A stretch of DNA of 64,000 nucleotides from Mycobacteriales bacterium (GTDB lineage: Bacteria; Actinomycetota; Actinomycetes; JAFAQI01). The stretch's first letter is position 1, and each line of letters opens with the position of its first letter. Location: contig DASSKP010000028.1 of NCBI GenBank assembly GCA_035690365.1, forward strand, positions 11,483-75,482, written 5' to 3'. Shown here one piece after another: positions 1-8,587 of this stretch. The translations under genes were made by a program, and so were the position numbers. The notes below the pieces were generated by a model. The model was not told the origin of the DNA and did no database searches. It saw only the letters and a program-made list of their open reading frames with translations.

Positions 1-353
1 GCGTCGTGGTGAGCAACCACGGCGGGCGGCAGATCGACGGTGAGATCGCGTCTCTCGACGCGCTGCCGGGCGTCGTCTCCGCGGTCGGCGACCGGATGGC
101 CGTCCTGCTCGACTCGGGTGTCCGCACCGGAAGCGACATCGTCAAGGCGATCGCGCTCGGGGCGCAGGCCGTCCTGCTGGGCCGGCCCTACGTCTACGGG
201 CTCGGTCTCGGGGGCGAGGACGGCGTGCGCCACGTGCTCCGCAGCCTGCTGGCGGAGCTCGACCTCACGATGGCGCTGGCCGGTTGCCGAAACCTGGCCG
301 ACCTGAGCGCCGAACTCCTCGCGCCAGCCGGGCGGAACACGCACGAACGGTAG
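1..353 (+). CDS. FMN-dependent alpha-hydroxy-acid oxidase/dehydrogenase (LldD / lactate 2-monooxygenase family), C-terminal fragment; 5' end lies outside the window
   Basis: The reading frame is open to the window edge. It carries the VVSNHGGRQ-DG active-site motif and a C-terminal TIM-barrel segment typical of the glycolate oxidase/LldD family. Confidence 0.8.
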   Translation, partial: VVVSNHGGRQIDGEIASLDALPGVVSAVGDRMAVLLDSGVRTGSDIVKAIALGAQAVLLGRPYVYGLGLGGEDGVRHVLRSLLAELDLTMALAGCRNLADLSAELLAPAGRNTHER

Positions 354-410
354 TCTTGTCGATGCATCCCAGGCTGCCGCGCGGCCGTTAGCCCATGGTG
401 AGGAACGTCG

Positions 411-1283
411 TTGACGCAGGCCGAGCACTCCGCGGGGCTCGCCGCTGAGTGGCGACACTGGTGGGACTACGAGCGCGGTCGGCTCCTCGGCGGAGGCCCT
501 GTCGCGCGCATCAACCAGATCCGCCGCCGGTCCAACGTCCTTTATGAGCTCATCGCCCGCGGGCTCAAGGTGCAGTACCGCGAGTCGTTCCTGGGCTACG
601 CCTGGTCTCTGCTCGAGCCGGCACTGCTCGTCGTCGTCTACTGGCTCGTCTTCGGTCGGGTCGCGCGGTTCGGGATGCCTCACTACCCGCTGTTCATCGC
701 GTCGGCGATCATGCCGTGGATGTTCTTCAACGGCACGCTGTCCCAGGCTGCCAACTCCCTACGCAGCAACTCGGGGCTCGTCCGCACCGTCACGTTGCCG
801 CGGGAGATCTACCCGCTCGCGGCCGTAGGCGAGCAGGGAGCGGAGTACCTCTTCAGCCTTCCGGTCGTCTTCCTCGTGGGTGCGCTGTACGGCGTCATGC
901 CGAGCCGCTACGTCCTGATGCTCCCCCTCGTCATCGTGGTCGAGGTGATCCTCGTGACGGGGCTCGGCCTGATGCTCGCCGCGCTCAACGCCCTCTTGCG
1001 GGACGTCTCGAAGATCCTGCGCGTCTCGCTTCGCGTCCTGTTCTACCTGTCACCGGTGCTCTATCCGTCCACCCGACTGCACGGGGTGGGCGCGAAACTG
1101 TTCCAGCTCAACCCGCTGGTCGGCATCCTTCAGCTGAACCGGGCCGTGTGGTACCCCACCCAGATCCCGGCCGGCACGCTGATGAGTCAGTTCATGATCT
1201 CGATCGCGGGCGCGCTGGTCTTCCTGGTCTTCGGCTGGTGGACGTTCATCACCCTCGAGCGACACGTGCTCAAGGAGCTCTGA
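411..1283 (+). CDS. ABC-2 type polysaccharide/teichoic-acid exporter permease (TagG/Wzm-like)
   Basis: The 290 aa product has the LKVQYRESFLGYAWSLLEP signature of ABC-2 permeases and about 6 hydrophobic segments. It has a TTG start with an upstream GAGGAA and is followed 2 nt later by the ATPase gene. Confidence 0.8.
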   Translation: MTQAEHSAGLAAEWRHWWDYERGRLLGGGPVARINQIRRRSNVLYELIARGLKVQYRESFLGYAWSLLEPALLVVVYWLVFGRVARFGMPHYPLFIASAIMPWMFFNGTLSQAANSLRSNSGLVRTVTLPREIYPLAAVGEQGAEYLFSLPVVFLVGALYGVMPSRYVLMLPLVIVVEVILVTGLGLMLAALNALLRDVSKILRVSLRVLFYLSPVLYPSTRLHGVGAKLFQLNPLVGILQLNRAVWYPTQIPAGTLMSQFMISIAGALVFLVFGWWTFITLERHVLKEL

Positions 1284-1285
1284 GC

Positions 1286-2047
1286 GTGTCCGACGTCATC
1301 ACCGTCTCCAACGTCGGGATCAACTTCGCGTCATCCCGGCGCCGGCGGCTCAGGGTGCAGGACTTCGTGGTGCGTAAGGCCACGATCACCGAACCCAACA
1401 CGTTTTGGGCGCTGCGCAACGTCTCGTTCCGCGTCCGTCAGGGTGAAGCCGTCGGCCTCGTCGGCCGCAACGGGTCGGGCAAGAGCACGTTGCTCCGCGT
1501 CATCGCCGGCGTGCTCCTGCCGGACGAAGGCGACGTGTGGGTGAACGGCGGTGTCGGTGCGATGCTCGAGCTCAACGCCGGCTTCAACCCGGAGCTGACC
1601 GGTCGCGACAACGTCTATCTGCTCGGCTCGCTGCACGGGTTCAGCCGCGAGCAGATCGCCGCGAAGTACAACCGCATCGTCCGATGGGCCCAGCTCGAGG
1701 GCTTCATGAACACGCCCTTGCGGCACTACTCGAGTGGCATGAAGTCCCGTCTCGGATTCTCCGTCGTGACGAGGCTCGAGGAACCGATCCTGCTCGTCGA
1801 CGAGGTCATGGCCGTGGGCGATCGGCAGTTCCGGCGTAAGTCGCACCGCGTGATGGAGCGGCTGCTCACCCAGGGCCGCACCGTGGTGCTGGTCTCGCAC
1901 AACGAGAACGAGCTGCGGCGCTTCTGTGAGCGCGGCATCTATCTCAGAGGCGGCACCAAGGTCGCGGACGGACCGATGGACGAGGTGCTCGAGCAGTACC
2001 AAGCCGACACTGACGTCGACGAGAACGAGGAGGATGACGCGCCGTGA
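1286..2047 (+). CDS. ABC transporter ATP-binding protein (TagH/Wzt-like, short form without a C-terminal carbohydrate-binding domain)
   Basis: It has Walker A GRNGSGKST, the ABC signature YSSGMKSRL and Walker B ILLVDE. The GTG at 1286 lies just after the permease stop. The longer tracked ORF (716..2047) is an out-of-gene N-terminal extension. Confidence 0.9.
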   Translation: MSDVITVSNVGINFASSRRRRLRVQDFVVRKATITEPNTFWALRNVSFRVRQGEAVGLVGRNGSGKSTLLRVIAGVLLPDEGDVWVNGGVGAMLELNAGFNPELTGRDNVYLLGSLHGFSREQIAAKYNRIVRWAQLEGFMNTPLRHYSSGMKSRLGFSVVTRLEEPILLVDEVMAVGDRQFRRKSHRVMERLLTQGRTVVLVSHNENELRRFCERGIYLRGGTKVADGPMDEVLEQYQADTDVDENEEDDAP

Positions 2048-4875
2048 AGACGGCTCCGCCGCCCAGCCCGAGCGAGCTGGTGGCGACGGCACCGCCCAAG
2101 GCGCCCGTCCGCGCGACGCTACGCAAGCTCCGGCCGCTCGCAGTCGTCGCCGTGGCCGGCGTCGTGATCTACGCGATCATCAACCTCATCGTCTCGGTCT
2201 ACACCAACTGGCTGTGGTTCGACTCGGTGCACGAGATCGGCAGCTACCGGCGACGCGTGTTGACCCAGGTCGTGATGTTCCTGGTGTTCGGTGGCGCCGC
2301 GGCGGTTGCCGTCGCCGTCAACCTCGTCGCGCTGCACCGACACACGCCGTACGACGGCCAGGCGGTGCAGACCCGGCTGTCCGTGCGGTTGCGCTATGCG
2401 CGCTGGATATACCCGCGACGTCGGCTCGCGACGGCCGTGGTGTCGCTTGCCGCGGGGCTCTGGGTGGGCCTGAACGCCGCAGCTCGATGGACGCTGTGGC
2501 TGCAGTGGCGCAATGCGACGTCGTTCGGCATCGCCGACCCACAGTTCCACCGCGACTACTCGTACTACGTGTTCGTCTACCCGATGCACCGTTACGCACT
2601 GACCGCGAGCTTCCGGATCGTGGTGCTGTGCGTGATCCTGCTCGCGGTCGCGGGCTACCTCAACGGAGGGTTCCGGCCGCGAGGAGAGCGACCGCGCTTG
2701 GCCGCGAAGATGCGCGTGCACGTCTGTCTTCTGCTGGGTGTGCTCGCCCTGATGAAGGCGCTCGCCTACTGGCTGGACCGATTCGCGACCGCAGTGTCGA
2801 ACCGTGGCGTCGTCACCGGTCCCTCCTACACCGACATCCACGCGGTGCTGCCGTCGAAGCTCATCCTGCTGGTCATCGCGGTCCTGCTCGCCGTCCTCTT
2901 CTTCGTCAACATGGCCTTCCGGAGCTGGAAGGCCACAACGGCGGGCGTTGTGACGCTGATGTTGAGCGGGGTGCTCTTCGGTGGTGTCGTTCCGTGGGTC
3001 GTGCAGCAGTACCACGTCAAGCCCGACGCTCAGGACGCCGAGGCACTGTCGATCGCCCGGGACATCGCCGCCACGAAGTACGCCTACGGCATCGGCGCGG
3101 CCACGGTGACGTCGGCGGGGCCGGCAACGGGCGGGTCCGCTCAAGCCGGCGATGCGGCAGCAGCGATAACCGCGGCCCAGCCGCAGCTGCTCGACCCGAA
3201 CCAGATGTCCCCGACCTTCACGCAGCTCCAGCAGGTCCGTGCCTTCTACGGCTTCAAGAACACGCTCGACGTGGACCGCTACGACATCGGTGGGGTCCAC
3301 GACGTGGCTCTGGCCGTCCGCGAGCTCCGGCTGGCCGGCCTTCCTTCCGGGCAACGAACCTGGAGCAACCTGCACCTGGTCTATACCCATGGCTACGGCG
3401 TCGTCGCCGCACCGGTCGATGCGGTGCAGGACGGAACACCCAAGTTCGTCGAGGCCGATGTGCCTCCGACGGGTGCACTCGGGACTTTCGAGCCTCGGAT
3501 CTACTTCGGCCAGAGCTCGCCGTCGTACTCCCTCGTGGGAGCGCCGGCCAACGTACGGCCGCACGAGTTCGACCGCCCCGGAGCGGGAGGCGGCCAGGTC
3601 GACACCACCTACACGGGCAACGGTGGCGTTCCGGTCGGCTCGTTCTGGCGTCAGCTCGTCTACGCCTGGAGAATGGGCGACAAGAACATCCTCTTCTCCG
3701 CGGGGGTCAACAGCCGTTCGCGTCTGCTGTACATCCGTGACCCGCGGCAGCGGGTGCGAACCGTCGCGCCGTGGCTGACGCTCGACGGCGCGGCCTATCC
3801 CGTCGTCGCCGGCGGCCGGGTGCTCTGGGTCGTGGACGGCTACACGACTGCCAACTCCGTGCCCTACTCGCAACAGCAGAACCTGCGCGCCGGGGCCTCG
3901 GACAGCTACGTCACCAACGGCTCCACGGTCGCGCAGCCCGGTCAGAGCATCAACTACATCCGCAACTCGGTGAAGGCGACCGTCGACGCGTACGACGGCA
4001 GCGTGCACCTCTACCAGTGGGACAACGAGACCGGTCTCGGCCGGGACCCCGTGCTCGCGACCTGGATGAAGGCGTTCCCGGGTCTGGTCCAGCCGGCTAC
4101 CGCGATGCCGGCAGAGGTGCGCGCCCATCTGCGCTACCCGCGAGACCTGTTCAACGTCCAGCGGACGATGCTCGCGCGCTACCACGTCAGTGATCCGCGG
4201 ACCTTCTACAACGGCAGCGACTTCTGGCGCATCCCGTCCGATCCGACCGTCAAGGGCTCGGCGGCTCAACCGCCCTACTACCTACGCCTGCCGACGTCCG
4301 GTGGTCAGACGGAGTTCTCCCTCGCGTCTCCGTTCGTCTCCTTGAACGGCCGTGCCATGACCGCCTATCTGTCCGTCGGTGCGGACCCGGGTTCCGGGTA
4401 CGGCCGCATGCGACTGCAGACGCTGCCGGCAGGTGTCGAAGGGCCGGGCCAGATCCGCAACGACATCGAGTCGGACCCGGGTGTGGCCCAGCAACTCACC
4501 CTGCTGCGCGGTGGCGGCTCGCGGGTCGTTCTCGGCAACCTCCAGCCGATTCCCGCTGACGGGTCCGTGATCTGGGTCGAGCCCATCTACTCGCGGGCCG
4601 CCGGGGGAACGTCGTTCCCCATCCTGCGGCGTGTGGTCGTCGTGCGCGGCGGCACCATCGCGTTCGAGCCGACGCTGAACCTTGCGCTCGCCGACGCCGT
4701 CGGTAACGGCGCCACCCCGGGCGCGCGGCTGGCGCGAGCCGTTGCCGCGGCGCAGCAGGCGCAAGCACGGGCCCAGGCCGCGCTTGCGGCCAACAACCGC
4801 ACGGAGTACGAGCGGCAGGAACGGCTGTTGGAGGCGGCTCTCGCGGCGATCGCCGCCTCACAACCCAACGGCTAG
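2044..4875 (+). CDS. UPF0182 family large membrane protein
   Basis: The 943 aa product has an N-terminal multi-TM region (NWLWFDS..., YSYYVFVYP) and a long extracytoplasmic C-terminal part characteristic of actinobacterial UPF0182. Its GTG start overlaps the upstream stop as GTGA. Confidence 0.85.
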   Translation: MKTAPPPSPSELVATAPPKAPVRATLRKLRPLAVVAVAGVVIYAIINLIVSVYTNWLWFDSVHEIGSYRRRVLTQVVMFLVFGGAAAVAVAVNLVALHRHTPYDGQAVQTRLSVRLRYARWIYPRRRLATAVVSLAAGLWVGLNAAARWTLWLQWRNATSFGIADPQFHRDYSYYVFVYPMHRYALTASFRIVVLCVILLAVAGYLNGGFRPRGERPRLAAKMRVHVCLLLGVLALMKALAYWLDRFATAVSNRGVVTGPSYTDIHAVLPSKLILLVIAVLLAVLFFVNMAFRSWKATTAGVVTLMLSGVLFGGVVPWVVQQYHVKPDAQDAEALSIARDIAATKYAYGIGAATVTSAGPATGGSAQAGDAAAAITAAQPQLLDPNQMSPTFTQLQQVRAFYGFKNTLDVDRYDIGGVHDVALAVRELRLAGLPSGQRTWSNLHLVYTHGYGVVAAPVDAVQDGTPKFVEADVPPTGALGTFEPRIYFGQSSPSYSLVGAPANVRPHEFDRPGAGGGQVDTTYTGNGGVPVGSFWRQLVYAWRMGDKNILFSAGVNSRSRLLYIRDPRQRVRTVAPWLTLDGAAYPVVAGGRVLWVVDGYTTANSVPYSQQQNLRAGASDSYVTNGSTVAQPGQSINYIRNSVKATVDAYDGSVHLYQWDNETGLGRDPVLATWMKAFPGLVQPATAMPAEVRAHLRYPRDLFNVQRTMLARYHVSDPRTFYNGSDFWRIPSDPTVKGSAAQPPYYLRLPTSGGQTEFSLASPFVSLNGRAMTAYLSVGADPGSGYGRMRLQTLPAGVEGPGQIRNDIESDPGVAQQLTLLRGGGSRVVLGNLQPIPADGSVIWVEPIYSRAAGGTSFPILRRVVVVRGGTIAFEPTLNLALADAVGNGATPGARLARAVAAAQQAQARAQAALAANNRTEYERQERLLEAALAAIAASQPNG

Positions 4876-4884
4876 AGGCCTGCC

Positions 4885-5874
4885 TTACTTGCCGGTCGAG
4901 ACCAGCTGGTCGATGCGGGCCACGGTCCACTTGACGCCGTTGGCGTCAATCCGTCCGGCGTAGGTGACCGCCGCGGAGTGCACTGCGGTCCGGGCTGCGC
5001 TGAGGACGGCCGAGGACGAGTCGAGACGCCAGTTGTGCTCGGCGTTCTCGTCGAACCAGACCATCGCCTTCGCGCCCACCGAACGCGCCGCGGTGACGCT
5101 CTTCGACACCCAGGTCGGCTTCTCGGAGTCCGTGGTCGCACCGACCTCGGCCACCATCAGCGGCTTGCTCGGGGCGAGGTCGCGGATGGCCTTGACGGTC
5201 GGGGAGAACAGAGCGTACGGCCACGCGAACGGGTGGCTGGCGTCGTCGTAGTTGTAGGCGTCGAAAGCGACCCAGTTGACGTAGGAGTAGCCGGGCCACA
5301 CCGACTTGAGCGGCGTTGCCGTCGAGTAGATGCGGTAGGGGCACCAGATGAACGCGACGTTGTGCGCGCCGGCGTTGCGCATGAGGGTGACGACGTGCCG
5401 CCATGCCGTCCGGAACTGCGAGGCGGTGTTGCTGCCGTAGCCCGGCGAGTAGCTGTGCGACTTCTGGTTCATCTCCGGGAACAGCCGCATGTACATGGGG
5501 TGGCCCCAGGACGCGAAGGTGTGCGCCCACGCGCGCAGCGCGCCGTCGTACTTGCCGGCGTTGATCGCGCTCAGCGTGGCGGACTTCGGCGGCTGCAGGG
5601 TCAGCATCGGCGCTGCCCCCGCATCGCGGATCCAGGTCATGTAGTTGCTGATCGACGTGCGGTGGGTGCTCGTCACGATCCAGGTGTCGAAGTGGTCGAC
5701 GACCCCGGCGTGCATGTTGAGCTCGTTGCCGTCGTGGGTGATCTGGTCTTTCCACGAGTCGGTGAAGCCGAACAGGACCGGGGCGGTGCCCGCGTGAGCG
5801 GCCGTGCCGGAGGTGACCAGGCCGGCGGAGGACGCCGCAAGGGCAGCGGCGGCGGCAAGAAGTCGAAGTCGCAT
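4885..5874 (-). CDS. Secreted glycoside hydrolase, GH26-like (beta-mannanase family fold)
   Basis: The product starts at MRLRLLAAAAALAASSAG, a signal peptide. The motifs MYMRLFPEMNQ (acid/base Glu context), WPGYSYVNWVAFDAYN and MVAEVG (nucleophile Glu context) fit the GH26 pattern. The part of the tracked ORF upstream of this Met looks non-coding. Confidence 0.65.
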   Translation of the reverse strand: MRLRLLAAAAALAASSAGLVTSGTAAHAGTAPVLFGFTDSWKDQITHDGNELNMHAGVVDHFDTWIVTSTHRTSISNYMTWIRDAGAAPMLTLQPPKSATLSAINAGKYDGALRAWAHTFASWGHPMYMRLFPEMNQKSHSYSPGYGSNTASQFRTAWRHVVTLMRNAGAHNVAFIWCPYRIYSTATPLKSVWPGYSYVNWVAFDAYNYDDASHPFAWPYALFSPTVKAIRDLAPSKPLMVAEVGATTDSEKPTWVSKSVTAARSVGAKAMVWFDENAEHNWRLDSSSAVLSAARTAVHSAAVTYAGRIDANGVKWTVARIDQLVSTGK

Positions 5875-5955
5875 ATCTTTTCCTTCGGCGGCAGGGAAGG
5901 GCGGATGTAGTGCCAATGGCGCAACGTCGATGTCACCTCGCCCTACGCAGGATCG

Positions 5956-5986
5956 CCCGAATTCTTCCCGAATCCGCCTATTCGGG
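5956..5986. promoter_or_regulatory. Three copies of the heptamer CCCGAAT (two direct, one inverted) in a divergent promoter region
   Basis: CCCGAAT occurs at 5956-5962 and 5967-5973, and ATTCGGG at 5980-5986. The element sits between the divergent starts at 5874 (-) and 6041 (+) and is locally AT-richer than the surrounding sequence. Confidence 0.3.
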
Positions 5987-6040
5987 CGGCCCGGCGGCCG
6001 GGACCGCCCGGCTGCACACCGCGTGTGATGAGGTTGGCGC

Positions 6041-6772
6041 ATGATCGGCCTTGTCCTCGCCGCCGGCGCCGGCCGGCGTCTGGCCCCCCTGACCGACGAC
6101 CTGCCGAAGACCCTCCTCCCTGTCGCCGAGGACACCACCATCCTCGACATCGCGTTGCACAACCTCGCGCAGGCCGGGCTCTCGGACGTGGTCGTGGTGA
6201 CCGGCTTCGCCGCGCACCAGATCGACAGCCGCGTGGAAGCGCTGCAGCGCCGCCACGGAGTGCGCCTGCGCACGGTCTTCAACGACAAGGCGACCGTCTG
6301 GAACAACGCCTACTCGCTGTGGCTCGCGCGTGAGTTCTTCGCGGAGGGTGTGCTGCTGTGCAACGGCGACACCGTCCATCCCGACTCGGTGGAGAAGACG
6401 CTGCTCGCCCTCGACCCCCGCGAGATCCTTCTCGCGATGGACGACGTCAAGCCCCTCGCCGAGGAAGAGATGAAGGTCGTGCTCGGTCCGGCCGGCACCA
6501 TGGTGCGGATCAACAAGGCTCTCGACCCTGCGCAGGTCGCGGGGGAGTACATCGGCGTCACGCGCATCGCGCCGGCCGCCGCCGACGGGCTCGCTGACGC
6601 GCTCGAGGCGACCTGGCGTCGCGACACCGGGCTCTACTACGAGGACGGCTACCAGGAGTATGCCGACCGCGGTGGCCTGGTCGAGGTCGCCCCGATCGGC
6701 TCGGTCGCCTGGGTCGAGGTCGACAACCACGACGACCTGGCCAAGGCGCGGGAGATCGCGTGCCACTACTAG
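6041..6772 (+). CDS. Nucleotidyltransferase (LicC / IPCT-like alcohol-phosphate cytidylyltransferase)
   Basis: The N-terminal sequence GLVLAAGAGRRLAPLTDDLPKTLLPV is an NTP-transferase loop. NNAYSLW, NGDTV and the C-terminal VEVDNHDDLAKA resemble the LicC and inositol-1-P cytidylyltransferase type. Confidence 0.8.
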   Translation: MIGLVLAAGAGRRLAPLTDDLPKTLLPVAEDTTILDIALHNLAQAGLSDVVVVTGFAAHQIDSRVEALQRRHGVRLRTVFNDKATVWNNAYSLWLAREFFAEGVLLCNGDTVHPDSVEKTLLALDPREILLAMDDVKPLAEEEMKVVLGPAGTMVRINKALDPAQVAGEYIGVTRIAPAAADGLADALEATWRRDTGLYYEDGYQEYADRGGLVEVAPIGSVAWVEVDNHDDLAKAREIACHY

Positions 6773-7815
6773 CGCGCATGATCGCGTCGCCTCTCACGGT
6801 CGACGTGCGGCGCGGCGCCATCACGGGCCTCCGCCAGCTGCTGGCCGAGGGCGGCATCTCCGCCGGTGGCAAGGTGGCCGTGCTCGTCGGCCCGGGCCAG
6901 GGCGAGGCGATCGCCGAGGTGTTGGCGCCGACCCTCAGCGACGCCGACGTGCTGCCGGTCGAGGACGCGTCGGTGGACGCCGCACGTGACCTGGCGGTCA
7001 AGCTGCGACAGTCGTCGTACGACGCCGTGGTGGGCATCGGTGGCGGCCGCACCCTCGACGTCGCGAAGTACACCGCGAGCCTGACCGGGCTGCCGATGGT
7101 CGCCGTGGCGACCAACCTGTCGCACGACGGCATCGCCTCGCCCGTCGCCTCTCTCGAGCACGAGGGGCGCAAGGGGTCCTACGGCGTGCACATCCCCTTG
7201 GCCGTGTTCGTCGACCTCGACTACGTGCAGCGAGCGCCGCAGCGGATGGTCCGCTCCGGCATCGGCGATGTCGTGAGCAACCTCTCGGCGCTCGCGGACT
7301 GGCAGCTGGCCGCCGACGAGCGCGGGGAGCAGATCGACGGGTTGGCGGCGGCGATGGCCCGCGCCGCCGCGGACGCCGTCGTCTTCCGCCCCGACTCGAT
7401 CGACTCGGTCGACTTCCTCGTGACGCTCGCCGAGGCGCTGATCCTCTCCGGGCTCGCGATGGCCGTGGCCGGCAGCAGCCGGCCGTGCAGCGGCGGTGAC
7501 CACGAGATCCTGCACGCGATCGACCAGCTCTATCCCGGGGTGAGCAACCACGGCGAGCTCGCAGGGGTGGGGGCGTTGTTCTGCGCGTTCCTGCGCGGCG
7601 ACGACCACCAGCAGGAGCTGATCGACAACTGTCTACGCCGGCACGAGCTGCCGAGGCTGCCGGCCGACATCACGCTGACCACCGAGCAGTTCACGGCAGC
7701 GGTCGTGCACGCACCCACGACGCGACCGGAGCGGTTCACCATCCTCGAGCACCTCGATCTCTCGGAGGCAGACGTCCGCAAGCGGGTCGATGACTATGTC
7801 GCAGCCTTCGGCTGA
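6760..7815 (+). CDS. sn-glycerol-1-phosphate dehydrogenase-like enzyme (EgsA/AraM family, iron-ADH superfamily)
   Basis: It has GIGGGRTLDVAKY (NAD-binding glycine motif) and ATNLSHDGIASP, which matches the SHDGIASP motif of G1P dehydrogenases. The GTG at 6760 overlaps the upstream gene; an alternative ATG lies at 6778. Confidence 0.7.
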   Translation: MPLLARMIASPLTVDVRRGAITGLRQLLAEGGISAGGKVAVLVGPGQGEAIAEVLAPTLSDADVLPVEDASVDAARDLAVKLRQSSYDAVVGIGGGRTLDVAKYTASLTGLPMVAVATNLSHDGIASPVASLEHEGRKGSYGVHIPLAVFVDLDYVQRAPQRMVRSGIGDVVSNLSALADWQLAADERGEQIDGLAAAMARAAADAVVFRPDSIDSVDFLVTLAEALILSGLAMAVAGSSRPCSGGDHEILHAIDQLYPGVSNHGELAGVGALFCAFLRGDDHQQELIDNCLRRHELPRLPADITLTTEQFTAAVVHAPTTRPERFTILEHLDLSEADVRKRVDDYVAAFG

Positions 7816-8587
7816 GCGCGCGCGGCCCTCTCTCGAGGAGCTGCGCGCGATCGTTCATCCGCCGAAACTCGTCACCGACGTCAGCCGCGAGCACTGGATG
7901 GGCCGGCTCTACATGCGCCGCGTCTCACTTCGGTTCACGCGTTGGTTGATCCCGACCCGCGCGACGCCCGACGGACTCACCTGGCTGATGGTCGTGAGCG
8001 GGATGGCCGCAGCGCTCGTGCTGACCATCCCGTCGGCCTGGTCGGACTTCGTCGCCGTGCTGCTCATCCAGCTCCAGGTGCTGTGTGACTGCTCGGACGG
8101 TGAGCTCGCACGCTGGCGTTCCTGGAGCAGTGCCCGTGGCATCTACCTCGACCGCTTCGGCCACTACACCACCGATGCGGCGGTGGTGTGCGCCGTCGGT
8201 GTGCATGCGGACGGCGGACTCGGGTCGATCGGCGGCTGGACGACGCTGGGACTGCTCGGTGCGGTGCTCGTGCTGGTCAGCCGCTCGGAGACCGACCTCG
8301 TGCACGTCGCCCGTGCTTACGTCGGGCTGCCCCGGTTCGAGCCGGGCGCGGTGGCCCCGCAGGTCTCCGGCATCCGCCGGCTGCGTCGGCTCGCCTACGC
8401 CGTCCCCATCAACCGTTTGCTGCTCGCCTGGGACCTGTCGGTCGCGCTCATCGTCGTCGCCGTCGTGGACCTCATCGCCGGGTCGACGGTGGGACATCAG
8501 GTCCTTGCGGTGATCCTCGCCGTCGTCGGCGTGCTGGTCTGTTTGCTGCACCTCGTGACGATCCTGACGTCGGCTCGGTTGCGATGA
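7790..8587 (+). CDS. CDP-alcohol phosphatidyltransferase family membrane protein
   Basis: The full family motif D-x2-D-G-x2-A-R...G-x3-D-x3-D is present in DCSDGELARWRSWSSARGIYLDRFGHYTTD. The product has multiple TM segments, and its start overlaps the end of the upstream gene. Confidence 0.85.
   Translation: MTMSQPSAERARPSLEELRAIVHPPKLVTDVSREHWMGRLYMRRVSLRFTRWLIPTRATPDGLTWLMVVSGMAAALVLTIPSAWSDFVAVLLIQLQVLCDCSDGELARWRSWSSARGIYLDRFGHYTTDAAVVCAVGVHADGGLGSIGGWTTLGLLGAVLVLVSRSETDLVHVARAYVGLPRFEPGAVAPQVSGIRRLRRLAYAVPINRLLLAWDLSVALIVVAVVDLIAGSTVGHQVLAVILAVVGVLVCLLHLVTILTSARLR

Noticed and set aside
716-2047. A long N-terminal extension of the ABC ATPase ORF (443 aa)
   Set aside because: The first roughly 190 codons overlap the permease gene in another frame and are Arg/Pro-rich. 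The conserved ATPase sequence begins at the GTG at 1286, right after the permease stop. Similar spurious extensions were trimmed at 4885..6306, 22341..23939, 43146..45143, 40357..42255 and 19246..21804.
2119-4269. A 716-aa minus-strand ORF antisense to the UPF0182 gene
   Set aside because: The same high-GC antisense artefact applies. The composition is Arg/His/Asp/Gly-rich, no domain is present, and the plus-strand gene has a clear family signature.
6041-8587. Reading the iron-ADH-like enzyme, cytidylyltransferase and CDP-alcohol transferase as a phosphonate (PhpC/LicC-type) or di-myo-inositol-phosphate pathway
   Set aside because: No PEP mutase, phosphonopyruvate decarboxylase or inositol-1-phosphate synthase is present in the window. 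The dehydrogenase carries the SHDGIASP motif of G1P dehydrogenases rather than a PhpC-like sequence. Both alternatives remain formally testable.
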